Assembly (NCBI GenBank): GCA_965224805.1
Contig: OZ245063.1
Coordinates: 283,212-347,211 of the forward strand
Origin: Robiginitomaculum sp.
Lineage (GTDB): Bacteria > Pseudomonadota > Alphaproteobacteria > Caulobacterales > Maricaulaceae
DNA: 64,000 bases
Direction: 5' to 3'
In this document: piece by piece, positions 39,867-48,190 of the stretch
How positions within the stretch are numbered: position 1 is the first letter of the stretch
How the letters are laid out: the number at the start of each line of letters is the position of its first letter
Program-made: the position numbers and the translations under genes
The notes under the pieces: model-generated
What the model was told of the DNA's origin: nothing
The model's database searches: none
What the model saw: only the letters and a program-made list of their open reading frames with translations

Positions 39867-41174
39867 TTATTGTAATAGCTCCAATGCGGCGACGACCATA
39901 GCCTCAGTTCCAAGTTTAATAGACGGCTCAGGTTTGACTTTAAAAAACGGTGAATGATGAGACGGGGCGGCCTCTACATCTTTTTTTGGTGTTCCGCCGA
40001 CACTAAAATATACGCCTTTGACGCCCAGTTCTGGGGTGACGAAATAAGCAAAGTCCTCTGCGCCCATGCCCGTTCTTGGCTTGTCAATCAAAACGCCTTT
40101 TTGTAGGTTTTTTTGAAAGGCGGCGGTAATACGCTCCGCCGTTGGTGTATCATTAATTGTTGGCGGTGTGGTTTCTGTGGGTGAGCGAATAACTTCAGGC
40201 AGTTTATCTGTTGGCACGCCCAGCGAAATCGCCACACCTTTTGCCACGCGGTCAATGCTATCGAGCAGGAGTGTGCGAACCTCTGGATTGTCCGACCTAA
40301 CGGTAAGTTGCATCTCAACTTTGTCACTAATGATATTATGTTTTGTACCGCCATGAAAAGCACCAACCGTAATCACACCAGCTTCAAGCGGGGCAATAGT
40401 CCGCGACACAACAGATTGTAAAGACACGACAATTTGCGAGGCTATGAGTATAGGATCAATGCCTTTATGAGGGGACGCGCCGTGGGCGCCAACGCCGTGA
40501 ACAATAATGTCAACACTGTCAGAGCTGGAGGCAACAACGTCTAACGGCAATGAAATATGCCCTGTGGGTAGGTCTGCTGAGACATGAAAGGCGAGCGCAT
40601 AATCAGGCTTAGGAAAGCGGGTGTAAAGACCATCTGCGAGCATTTCGCGTGCGCCAGAAATACGTTCTTCAGCAGGTTGTCCGATCAACACCAAAGTGCC
40701 AGACCAGTCGCTTTTTCGCGCCGCCAGTTGCCGCGCAGTGCCGATTAAAGAAGTGATGTGCACGTCATGGCCACATGCATGCATGACAGGTTTGTTTTTT
40801 CCGTCAATATCGGTTTGCATGGCAGATGATGAATATGACAATCCGCTGTCTTCTTTGATCGGCAAAGCGTCAATATCAGCGCGGATCATAACAGTTGGGC
40901 CGTTTCCGTTCTTCAGTACGGCAACAATACCCGTTTGGCCAACATTTTGGGTGACGTCATAACCAAGCGCAGAAATTTCTTTGGCCATACGTGCAGATGT
41001 TTTGCTTTCCTTAAATGACAGTTCAGGGTTTGCGTGGAAATGCTTAAATAGTGCACTCAAATTATTGGTGTAATCCTTGGCAATGTCTGCGCGCAGACGA
41101 TCATCCGCAAATGCTGGATTTGCAAATGACATGGACGTTAATGCTAAAATTGTGACACCTGTTTTGATGTTCAT
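39867..41174 (-). CDS. secreted M20-family amidohydrolase (aminoacylase/hippurate-hydrolase-like)
   Basis: ATG 41174 lies 7 nt after GGGAGG. The product has a signal peptide and contains MHACGHDVH, GQPAEE and GAEDFAYF. Confidence 0.8.
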   Translation of the reverse strand: MNIKTGVTILALTSMSFANPAFADDRLRADIAKDYTNNLSALFKHFHANPELSFKESKTSARMAKEISALGYDVTQNVGQTGIVAVLKNGNGPTVMIRADIDALPIKEDSGLSYSSSAMQTDIDGKNKPVMHACGHDVHITSLIGTARQLAARKSDWSGTLVLIGQPAEERISGAREMLADGLYTRFPKPDYALAFHVSADLPTGHISLPLDVVASSSDSVDIIVHGVGAHGASPHKGIDPILIASQIVVSLQSVVSRTIAPLEAGVITVGAFHGGTKHNIISDKVEMQLTVRSDNPEVRTLLLDSIDRVAKGVAISLGVPTDKLPEVIRSPTETTPPTINDTPTAERITAAFQKNLQKGVLIDKPRTGMGAEDFAYFVTPELGVKGVYFSVGGTPKKDVEAAPSHHSPFFKVKPEPSIKLGTEAMVVAALELLQ

Positions 41175-41326
41175 GATTAATCCTCCCAATGTATAGTTGT
41201 TAAACTAGAACAGTAGGGAGAATAATGAAAGTCAAGAACTTGTGACAATAAAAGTGGGCGAAAATCGACAAGTTAATTTAGACAATAACTTGCAAATTTT
41301 CACCCGTGGTGCGCCCCATTTACGGC

Positions 41327-42970
41327 TTAAAAATCAGCAGAAAACCAAGCGGAAAGTGATTGACGGTATTCGCTATCTGTTTCCAAATGGGTTGGGTTGT
41401 TTCTAATGAATAAATCATCCCCCGTTTCTGGGTTGATGATTTCAGCGGCGTGACTACGGTAGCCTAGCTTGGCAGATAGCCCGATTCTTGCGAGCTCAGA
41501 TACCCGGGCGCTTAACCTGGCCTCTAGAGAGCCACCATAATAAAGCCCGCCATCATCATCATTGATATTGATCCGAAAATCCTGTTCTGGTGCGCCGCAC
41601 AATCCGCAGATATTATGTTGTTCGGATGCGAGTTTTACATGTCGGTAGCCTGCTTCCAACATGGGTATCAAGATCAGAGAAATAGAGCCCGTGTTTGGGG
41701 TTGCAGGGATTTCGGTACTTAAATTGCCAAAGAAATAAGCTTCATTTAAGTCTTGCACGGATGTGGAACTAATATCGTTAAAGCTGGGCGTGGTAACGCT
41801 TGCTTCGTGTTTGGTATCGGTAAATTCAACGCCGCCGCCAAACCGAACACGGCTACCAAAGCTAACGCCGCCATCTGTCTCCGTACTCATATCAAATTGT
41901 AATCTCAATCGTTCTGATATGGATTTCGTCTTTACGTCCATACCCCGTGGGCCAAGGCCCAACCCTGTACTCCCATTTGGTGCTCGATCATTATAGACAA
42001 TGCCGACCCCGTCCGTCCCATTGGCAACTGACCCTTCGGACGTGCCTTTTACATTTGTGTACTCTAGGCCAAATTCCAAATTATTAGCCCGCGAAAAGCT
42101 ACCGCCCGGGGCAAGACTACCGCCAAGAGTATAACCCGAATATGAATCATCCGTTTTGGCAATAAATTCTTCACTAGCCGTTAAAAACCGCGTGGCGTAA
42201 CCAGCCTTCGGAGGGTTGACCACAGCATAACCACCAGTAGCAGAGAATGTTGCCGCTTCTTCATTCGCCCTATTTTTTTCACGACATTCTCTAAGCTTTC
42301 GTTTTTTATCGATAATTTCTAGGTTAATTCTTTCTAGTTGCCCTTTGGTGCTGATAACATTGGCGTTAACAACAGAAAGAGCATCGCTACTAGTAATTCC
42401 TGTAGACCCAAGAGCACTTTCATATTGGGACAACAGATTTTCAATCTTTCCCTTTCTCTCTTCGAGTTCACCAAGCTCACGGTTTAGGATATTGCAGTTA
42501 GTTGCTTTATTAGCTACCTCGGCGTCTTTCCTGCCTTGTTCGATATCATCAGCGATAGAGATAAGGCCAAGGTCAGTAGGCTCTGGCGTTGCCAGCATTG
42601 GAGCAGGTATTTTTACTTCGGCTTTTGAGTGACAATCGCCATAAATGGGAAAGTCTTTAACGAATCTTTCCGTTAGTTCTGGGTGGTTACGTAGATGCCT
42701 AGAGCCGGCGAGAAAATTGTTACGTTCAAAAATCATCGCCCTCTCATACACTGAATACTCAATTGTTCCATTTTTGCATTTTTCATTTAAGTCTTGAATT
42801 TGTTCAAGTATTATCAGTAGGCCTGCTGACTCCCCTACCAGTCCTTCGTAACCCTGTATCCTCGCTTCGGGTTGGGGCAGTGTTAGCCCATTGGTTTGGG
42901 CTTGTACGGGCAGTGCGAAAGAGAGAACCCCCGCACTCACCATAATTTTTAGTATATTTGATAACGTCAT
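41327..42970 (-). CDS. outer-membrane beta-barrel protein with an N-terminal Cys-containing coiled-coil domain (autotransporter-like architecture)
   Basis: 547 aa with a signal peptide (SAGVLSFALPVQAQ). Residues about 30-250 are helical and heptad-like (NRELGELEERKGKIENLLSQYE..., QLERINLEIIDKKRKLRECREKNR). The C-terminal 290 aa or so have alternating beta-strand patterns and end in ...SLSAWFSADF, a terminal aromatic residue typical of OMPs. Confidence 0.6.
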   Translation of the reverse strand: MTLSNILKIMVSAGVLSFALPVQAQTNGLTLPQPEARIQGYEGLVGESAGLLIILEQIQDLNEKCKNGTIEYSVYERAMIFERNNFLAGSRHLRNHPELTERFVKDFPIYGDCHSKAEVKIPAPMLATPEPTDLGLISIADDIEQGRKDAEVANKATNCNILNRELGELEERKGKIENLLSQYESALGSTGITSSDALSVVNANVISTKGQLERINLEIIDKKRKLRECREKNRANEEAATFSATGGYAVVNPPKAGYATRFLTASEEFIAKTDDSYSGYTLGGSLAPGGSFSRANNLEFGLEYTNVKGTSEGSVANGTDGVGIVYNDRAPNGSTGLGLGPRGMDVKTKSISERLRLQFDMSTETDGGVSFGSRVRFGGGVEFTDTKHEASVTTPSFNDISSTSVQDLNEAYFFGNLSTEIPATPNTGSISLILIPMLEAGYRHVKLASEQHNICGLCGAPEQDFRININDDDGGLYYGGSLEARLSARVSELARIGLSAKLGYRSHAAEIINPETGDDLFIRNNPTHLETDSEYRQSLSAWFSADF

Positions 42971-42992
42971 TGCGCCCTCCAGATTTTATTTT

Positions 42993-43012
42993 ATTGCAAA
43001 ATTGCAAATTGC
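42993..43012. promoter_or_regulatory. tandem TTGCAA-palindrome repeat in the divergent promoter region
   Basis: ATTGCAAA ATTGCAAA TTGC, 23-42 bp upstream of the OMP gene start. Confidence 0.35.
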
Positions 43013-43067
43013 TGATTCCCTATCCTCTTGACCAGCATTTCTTGTTTTGTTACAAATGCCCTTGGCT

Positions 43068-43091
43068 GTCATACGCCATATGGAGTATGAC
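43068..43091. promoter_or_regulatory. 24-bp near-perfect palindrome upstream of the LuxR-fusion gene
   Basis: GTCATACgCCATATGGaGTATGAC has one mismatched pair and is followed by TAATTTTTT. It ends 30 bp before ATG 43121. It is a candidate operator or attenuator hairpin. Confidence 0.35.
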
Positions 43092-43120
43092 TAATTTTTT
43101 GGGATGGTTATTATCGCTGA

Positions 43121-44812
43121 ATGGCAAAAGAGTCTGAACTTGACCAAGATGATCTGAGGTTGCTGGAGGCCAGTTATCGACTGGTCGCTGATGTCAGTGC
43201 ATATGATGATGTTATTTCACACTGGGCCAAGCGACTAGATCGTGTGGACTCAAAAAAACTCGTTCGTATGGAACAGCCTATGCTGATTTGGCATATGCGA
43301 GCCGTATCGGAAATGCTCGAAAAATCGAACGAAGATCAGGCCAATGACCCGATCGAACAAGCCATAAGCTCAATCACCGCGCCGGCAGTGGTACTGAGTA
43401 GTGGCAAACGAGTGGCGGCGTTAAATGAACGCGCTGTTAAATTATGGGGTCTGAAGCGTGGAACGGAATCTAGCCTTGATTGGATTGACCGGGGATCATT
43501 GAGCCATATTAACCAAATGCTGCGAACTCAGGGCACAACAAATCGTCAACACGCCATTGTCCGAACCATCGACGTAGATGGCAATAGCGGCGTTGCGGAA
43601 ATATACCATTTGCAAGAAAAAGGCGGTCAGGGAATGATCGCCATTCGCGGGTTGGAACTTCAATGGTCACTTCGTATTGCCAATATGCTGGAAGAAGCAT
43701 TTGGCCTAACGAATGCGGAAATTAGTGTATGTCGTTTGTTGGTCGATCTCAGAGATACAAAGTTGATTGCGAAGGAACGCGGCACCTCATTCAATACGGT
43801 AAGAGCGCAGCTTCTTACAATTTTTGATAAGACCGAAACGACATCGCAAGTCGATCTTGTTCGTTTACTGGCCATGATCTCTCAACGGTTAAATCAAGGA
43901 TTCACTGGAAACAGTGCCGCTTGGGAAGATCCGCTAGGTCGAGAAGAAATATTTACAGATCAGCATGGTCGATCAATTGCCTATAGCTGGGCCGGAGACC
44001 CTGACGGGCGTCCCGCATTATTTAGCCATGGGCTCGCCACCGGCTATCTTTTGCCCAGCGAGGGTATGGCTGCGCTCAAAAAATACAAAATCAAACTTTA
44101 CCTTATCAGTCGCCCTGGTTTCGGTAATAGTGATCCTGCTCCGGCAGGTGATATCGTACAAACCAACGCCGATGCCATCAACTCATTAGCCCGCCATCTT
44201 AAAATTGATCAATGGGCAACAATGGGCCAGGGTTCTGGGTCACTTCCGCTCTTACGTGCGCAGTCTGCAAAAGATTCGTCGATCAGTGGGATTGTGTGTA
44301 TCGGAATATTCTTTGCTTTTACCAACAAAATGCGGTTTCAAAATTATTCGAACCCAAGAGCTGTGGCTTTACGTCTTGCATCAACATCACCGACCTTAGC
44401 TGAGCTTATGGGTAAAATATTATATCAGGCGATGCGCATCAAAGGCCCGGAATTCATCGCTAATTCGATCTACAGCGACTGCGAAGTGAACAGAACCATT
44501 CTTCAAGACGCGGATTGCCGAACCTTTATTCGCGCTGCATATTCGATGCTGTGCGTCCATAAGCATCGCGCATTGACCAGCGAGTTAGGCATGTTAACCG
44601 CAGACTGGAGCAGGGATTTGGAGAACTGCAACGCTCCGATCCGTTTTCTTCACGGCATAAAAGATCCCACCAACCCCGTCAAGCAAGTACAAGCATTTGT
44701 CGATCAGCGCCCCAATATGCATCTGGATATAGTCCAAGATGGCGGTGAACTGTTATTCTTCAGCCATGCAGAAATGTTAGTAAATAAATTAGCAGAAATG
44801 ATGGACGCCTGA
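43121..44812 (+). CDS. PAS-like / LuxR-type HTH / alpha/beta-hydrolase three-domain protein
   Basis: 563 aa. The central LuxR/FixJ-type HTH is LTNAEISVCRLLVDLRDTKLIAKERGTSFNTVRAQLLTIFDKT. The C-terminal hydrolase fold has LFSHGLATG (HG motif), an atypical elbow GQGSGS, HGIKDPTNP (Asp) and FFSHAEM (His). Confidence 0.7.
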   Translation: MAKESELDQDDLRLLEASYRLVADVSAYDDVISHWAKRLDRVDSKKLVRMEQPMLIWHMRAVSEMLEKSNEDQANDPIEQAISSITAPAVVLSSGKRVAALNERAVKLWGLKRGTESSLDWIDRGSLSHINQMLRTQGTTNRQHAIVRTIDVDGNSGVAEIYHLQEKGGQGMIAIRGLELQWSLRIANMLEEAFGLTNAEISVCRLLVDLRDTKLIAKERGTSFNTVRAQLLTIFDKTETTSQVDLVRLLAMISQRLNQGFTGNSAAWEDPLGREEIFTDQHGRSIAYSWAGDPDGRPALFSHGLATGYLLPSEGMAALKKYKIKLYLISRPGFGNSDPAPAGDIVQTNADAINSLARHLKIDQWATMGQGSGSLPLLRAQSAKDSSISGIVCIGIFFAFTNKMRFQNYSNPRAVALRLASTSPTLAELMGKILYQAMRIKGPEFIANSIYSDCEVNRTILQDADCRTFIRAAYSMLCVHKHRALTSELGMLTADWSRDLENCNAPIRFLHGIKDPTNPVKQVQAFVDQRPNMHLDIVQDGGELLFFSHAEMLVNKLAEMMDA

Positions 44813-45155
44813 TTGCTCGGTTCCTGCGGAGAGCAAATAACATCTACAAGTGCATGAAACTGCCAATGACCCCGTCAAATCTGTTCCGCTTCGTGCATAA
44901 ATTCGGGATAAATTGCCATTCCCCGAGAATGGGGTTAGACAGGATCAAATTTACACAGTTTCTAAGAGCTTGACCGTAAACTTTTATGAGTAAACAGCTC
45001 GTTACATTTTGTATTTGTTCCATATTAATGTCATTTTTTGAGCTGGCCAATATTGCGTTCCTTATAAAGCGCATCAGTCACACTGATGCGGGGCCTTCCG
45101 GTTACGACGAATGCAGGCTTTAAAGCATGTGCAACATGACACCGTATAAAACTTC

Positions 45156-45184
45156 TTGCATTGATTTAGAATCGTTCTTATATT
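45156..45184 (+). promoter_or_regulatory. putative irr promoter (probably giving a leaderless mRNA)
   Basis: TTGCAT (45156-45161), 17-nt spacer, TATATT (45179-45184). The irr ATG is 7 nt downstream at 45191 and has no Shine-Dalgarno sequence. Confidence 0.4.
45165..45181. promoter_or_regulatory. ICE-like (iron control element) Irr operator inside the irr promoter spacer
   Basis: TTTAGAAtcgTTCTTAT matches the consensus TTTAGAA-N3-TTCTAAA at 12 of 14 positions. Confidence 0.55.
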
Positions 45185-45190
45185 GCCTTT

Positions 45191-45598
45191 ATGACCACAG
45201 ATGATTCACAATTAGATACGCTTAGACTACTTGCCCGCATAGGTATTCGGCCTACGAAAATTCGCAAGAGCATTGCGGGACTTTTGTTTGACGGGCGAGA
45301 TAAGCATGTGACCGTTGATGACGTGATCGAGATGGCGCGGGTGGCGCAGGTTAAAACCTCTGTGGCCAGTGTTTACAATACTTTAAACCAATTTGCTGCA
45401 GCGGGGCTGTTGCGGCGGGTTACTGTCGAGCAGGGCAAGGCGTTTTTTGATACCAACCTTACCGACCATCACCATTTTTTCTTTGAAGATGAAGAGCGTC
45501 TTGAAGATATTCCTGTGGGCACAGTGCGCGTGGACGGTCTGCCTGATCTGCCAAAAGGCCGGACGATTAAATCTGTTGACGTTACCATTCGCATCTAA
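45191..45598 (+). CDS. irr: iron response regulator Irr (Fur family)
   Basis: 135 aa with a Fur-type winged helix (SVASVYNTLNQFAAAGLLRRV). It has no CxxC zinc motifs and carries the Irr-specific HHH haem motif in DTNLTDHHHFFFEDE. Confidence 0.75.
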   Translation: MTTDDSQLDTLRLLARIGIRPTKIRKSIAGLLFDGRDKHVTVDDVIEMARVAQVKTSVASVYNTLNQFAAAGLLRRVTVEQGKAFFDTNLTDHHHFFFEDEERLEDIPVGTVRVDGLPDLPKGRTIKSVDVTIRI

Positions 45599-45624
45599 TT
45601 CTGTTTGCGAATAATTCTCATAAA

Positions 45625-45639
45625 TTAGAATAATTCTAA
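45625..45639. promoter_or_regulatory. perfect ICE-type palindrome upstream of the rubrerythrin gene
   Basis: TTAGAATAATTCTAA is a perfect inverted repeat. With its flanks, ATTAGAAtaaTTCTAAA matches the ICE consensus at 13 of 14 positions. A partial copy, GAATAATTCTCA, lies at 45610-45621. Confidence 0.65.
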
Positions 45640-45645
45640 AAATAA

Positions 45646-45674
45646 TTGACCCATTGGTACGCATTGTGTATCAT
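45646..45674 (+). promoter_or_regulatory. sigma-70-like promoter of the rubrerythrin cluster
   Basis: TTGACC (45646-45651), 17-nt spacer, TATCAT (45669-45674). The ICE ends 6 bp upstream of the -35 element. Confidence 0.45.
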
Positions 45675-45703
45675 GCCTTATATTCAAATCATAAGGAGAC
45701 CTC

Positions 45704-46123
45704 ATGGGACTGGCCAATTCAAAAACCCTCGATAATTTAAAAGACGCATTTTCTGGTGAAAGCCAAGCCAATCGTCGTTATTTATATTTTGCGCAAAAAG
45801 CAGATATTGAAGGTTATAATGATGTGGCGTCTGTGTTCCGCTCCACGGCTGAAGGCGAGACGGGACATGCCCACGGCCATCTTGAATTTATGGAAGAGGT
45901 TGGCGATCCGGCTACGGGCCTGCCAATCGGCGGCACTGCGGATAATCTTAGAGCCGCGATTGAGGGCGAAACCCATGAATATACGGACATGTATCCTGGC
46001 ATGGCGCGCACGGCCCGCGAAGAAGGGTTTGACGAAATTGCAGATTGGTTTGAAACATTGGCGAAAGCGGAGAAATCCCACGCTGGTCGTTTCACCAAAG
46101 CCTTAGGGAGTATGGACGATTAG
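45704..46123 (+). CDS. rubrerythrin-family di-iron protein (no rubredoxin domain)
   Basis: 139 aa with two ExxH ferritin-like motifs ([13 protein letters not shown] and [12 protein letters not shown]). AAGGAGA serves as the RBS. Confidence 0.85.
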   Translation: MGLANSKTLDNLKDAFSGESQANRRYLYFAQKADIEGYNDVASVFRSTAEGETGHAHGHLEFMEEVGDPATGLPIGGTADNLRAAIEGETHEYTDMYPGMARTAREEGFDEIADWFETLAKAEKSHAGRFTKALGSMDD

Positions 46124-46189
46124 TCCGTCTTTCTTGTTACGGCTGGCTAACCCACATTAGCCAGTCGTTTCTTATTTGAGGACATTGTT

Positions 46190-47542
46190 ATGACTATTCA
46201 ACCTCCAAAAGAGGGCAGTCTTTCTGCGCCCACACGTCACGCACTGGATTGGCAAAGCGAGGCGTTTTATGATGACGCGCTGATTACAGAAGAGCTGGAA
46301 CGTGTCTTTGATATTTGTCACGGTTGCCGACGTTGCTTTAATCTGTGTGAAAGCTTTCCTATTCTTTTTGACATGATTGATGACAGTGAAAGCGGCGAGC
46401 TGGATACGGTTGATAAATCTGATTATAAAAAAGTCGTTGATGCCTGCACGCTGTGCGATATGTGTTTCATGGTCAAATGTCCCTATGTGCCGCCCCACGA
46501 ATTTAATTTGGATTTCCCGCATCTGATGTTGCGAGCGCGGGCAGCAGAATTTAAGAAAAACGGAGCAAGTTTTACCGAAAATCAATTGGTAAAAATGGAT
46601 AGAAATGGCAAATTAATTGGGCCAATTTCGGGTCTGGCAAATTGGGCGACAAAGCTTGGCAATAAACTTACACGTCCATTGATGGAAAAAATAACGGGCA
46701 TTGCAAAAGGCGCAGACCTGCCAAAATTTCATAGCCAGACCTTTGAAAAACTATCTGCTAAAAACCCATCCATTCGCAATATGCAAGCCCCTGCCAAAGC
46801 GCGCAAAGCGGTTATTTATGCCACGTGTTATGTAGATTATAATAAGCCTGAAAGCGGCGTTGCGGCTGAGGCTGTTCTGGCAAAAAACGGGGTCGAAACC
46901 GTGGTACTCTATCCCGCCTGTTGCGGCATGCCTTATCTTGAACAGGGCAATATCGCGCAAGTTGCCAAGCAAGCTGACAAGGTCAAAGCGGAGCTATTGC
47001 CGTGGGTTGATAAGGGGTATGATATTCTAGCCCTCACCGCGTCGTGTGGCCTGATGATGAAGATGGAATGGCCACTTATATTGCCAAACGATCCAGACAT
47101 AAAACGCTTATCCGCCGCCACCTATGATATTGCGGAATATATGGTTGATATTGCGAAGAAAGAAGGGCTGGCAGATGGTTTGAAGCCCATTGAAGGGGGT
47201 ATAACTGTTCATAGTGCCTGTCATGCAAGAGCCCAAAACATGGGCGCTAAATCAGCAGAAATGCTGGGAAAAATACCAGATACCAAAATTGATATTGTTG
47301 AAAAATGTTCAGGGCATGGGGGCACGTTCGGGATTATGAAAGAGACACGGTCTATGGCTGTAAAAGTAGCCCGTCCCGCCGTGCGCCAAATTAAAGCCAA
47401 GGGCAATGATAATTTATGCTCAGACTGTCCGCTTGCCTGTAAGCATCTTATCAATGTTATTGGCGCGCCAGAGGACGGTAAACAACCCATGGCCCCCGAT
47501 CATCCAATGGAGCTTATGGCCCGTGCTTATGGCCTCATATAA
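46190..47542 (+). CDS. HdrD/GlpC-like (Fe-S)-binding oxidoreductase with CCG domains
   Basis: 450 aa with two ferredoxin-type Cys clusters (CHGCRRCFNLCESFP and CTLCDMCFMVKCPYVPP), then Cys-rich CCG-type repeats (YPACCGMPY, CSGHGG). Confidence 0.8.
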   Translation: MTIQPPKEGSLSAPTRHALDWQSEAFYDDALITEELERVFDICHGCRRCFNLCESFPILFDMIDDSESGELDTVDKSDYKKVVDACTLCDMCFMVKCPYVPPHEFNLDFPHLMLRARAAEFKKNGASFTENQLVKMDRNGKLIGPISGLANWATKLGNKLTRPLMEKITGIAKGADLPKFHSQTFEKLSAKNPSIRNMQAPAKARKAVIYATCYVDYNKPESGVAAEAVLAKNGVETVVLYPACCGMPYLEQGNIAQVAKQADKVKAELLPWVDKGYDILALTASCGLMMKMEWPLILPNDPDIKRLSAATYDIAEYMVDIAKKEGLADGLKPIEGGITVHSACHARAQNMGAKSAEMLGKIPDTKIDIVEKCSGHGGTFGIMKETRSMAVKVARPAVRQIKAKGNDNLCSDCPLACKHLINVIGAPEDGKQPMAPDHPMELMARAYGLI

Positions 47543-47551
47543 GGGAAAATC

Positions 47552-48145
47552 ATGTCCAATAAAAACCGCACCATCACCCACGCCGACATAATCGGCAACG
47601 CAAAGTTCGCACCTATCCGCAAGCAAAGACGGGCAGAGTTAAAACCGTCCAAAGCATTGCGCCGCATTGATTTGGGACGGGACTGCACATTTTATTTTGA
47701 AAGCTACGCCACCATGTTGTTTCAAATACAAGAAATGCTCTACATAGAAAAGGGCGGGGCCGCGCAGCTTGAAGATGAATTGCGCGCCTATAATCCGCTC
47801 ATTCCAAACGGCAATGAGCTTGTCGCCACGATGATGTTTGAAATTGATGATCCGGTGCGCCGCCTAAACCTACTCTTACAACTTGGCGGGATTGAGAAAC
47901 ATATTTACCTACAAATCGGGGACGAAAAAATTTATGTTGTTCCTGAAGACGATACGGAACGCACAAGTGCCGACGGCAAAACATCGTCCGTGCATTTTTT
48001 CCATTTTCCGTTAAGTAAAGCGCAAAAAGAAATGTTCACTCAGCAGGGCATGCAGATCGTACTTGGCTCCGACCATCCCGCCTACGCCCATATGAGTGTT
48101 TTGAGCGTGGAGACAATCGCAGAGCTTGCTCAAGATTTTGCCTAA
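47552..48145 (+). CDS. DUF3501-family protein
   Basis: 197 aa. FYFESYATMLFQIQEMLYIEKG...ELRAYNPLIPNGNELVATMMFEID...SSVHFFHF matches my recollection of DUF3501, which is usually encoded next to this Fe-S protein. Confidence 0.65.
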   Translation: MSNKNRTITHADIIGNAKFAPIRKQRRAELKPSKALRRIDLGRDCTFYFESYATMLFQIQEMLYIEKGGAAQLEDELRAYNPLIPNGNELVATMMFEIDDPVRRLNLLLQLGGIEKHIYLQIGDEKIYVVPEDDTERTSADGKTSSVHFFHFPLSKAQKEMFTQQGMQIVLGSDHPAYAHMSVLSVETIAELAQDFA

Positions 48146-48190
48146 CATCCCGCCCTTGCTCTCATAGAATATTGCGCGTATCACCCCCGT

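Noticed and set aside
44844-45074. 76-aa minus-strand ORF in the 380-bp gap before irr
   Set aside because: It has no RBS, no motif and an AT-rich composition. The gap does contain small hairpins, for example GCATCAGTcacACTGATGC at 45072-45090. I cannot support either a gene or an sRNA from sequence alone.
48146-48190. Possible fluoride riboswitch upstream of crcB
   Set aside because: Only 45 nt separate DUF3501 from crcB. The sequence (CATCCCGCCCTTGCTCTCATAGAATATTGCGCGTATCACCCCCGT) shows none of the conserved crcB-motif pseudoknot elements as I remember them.
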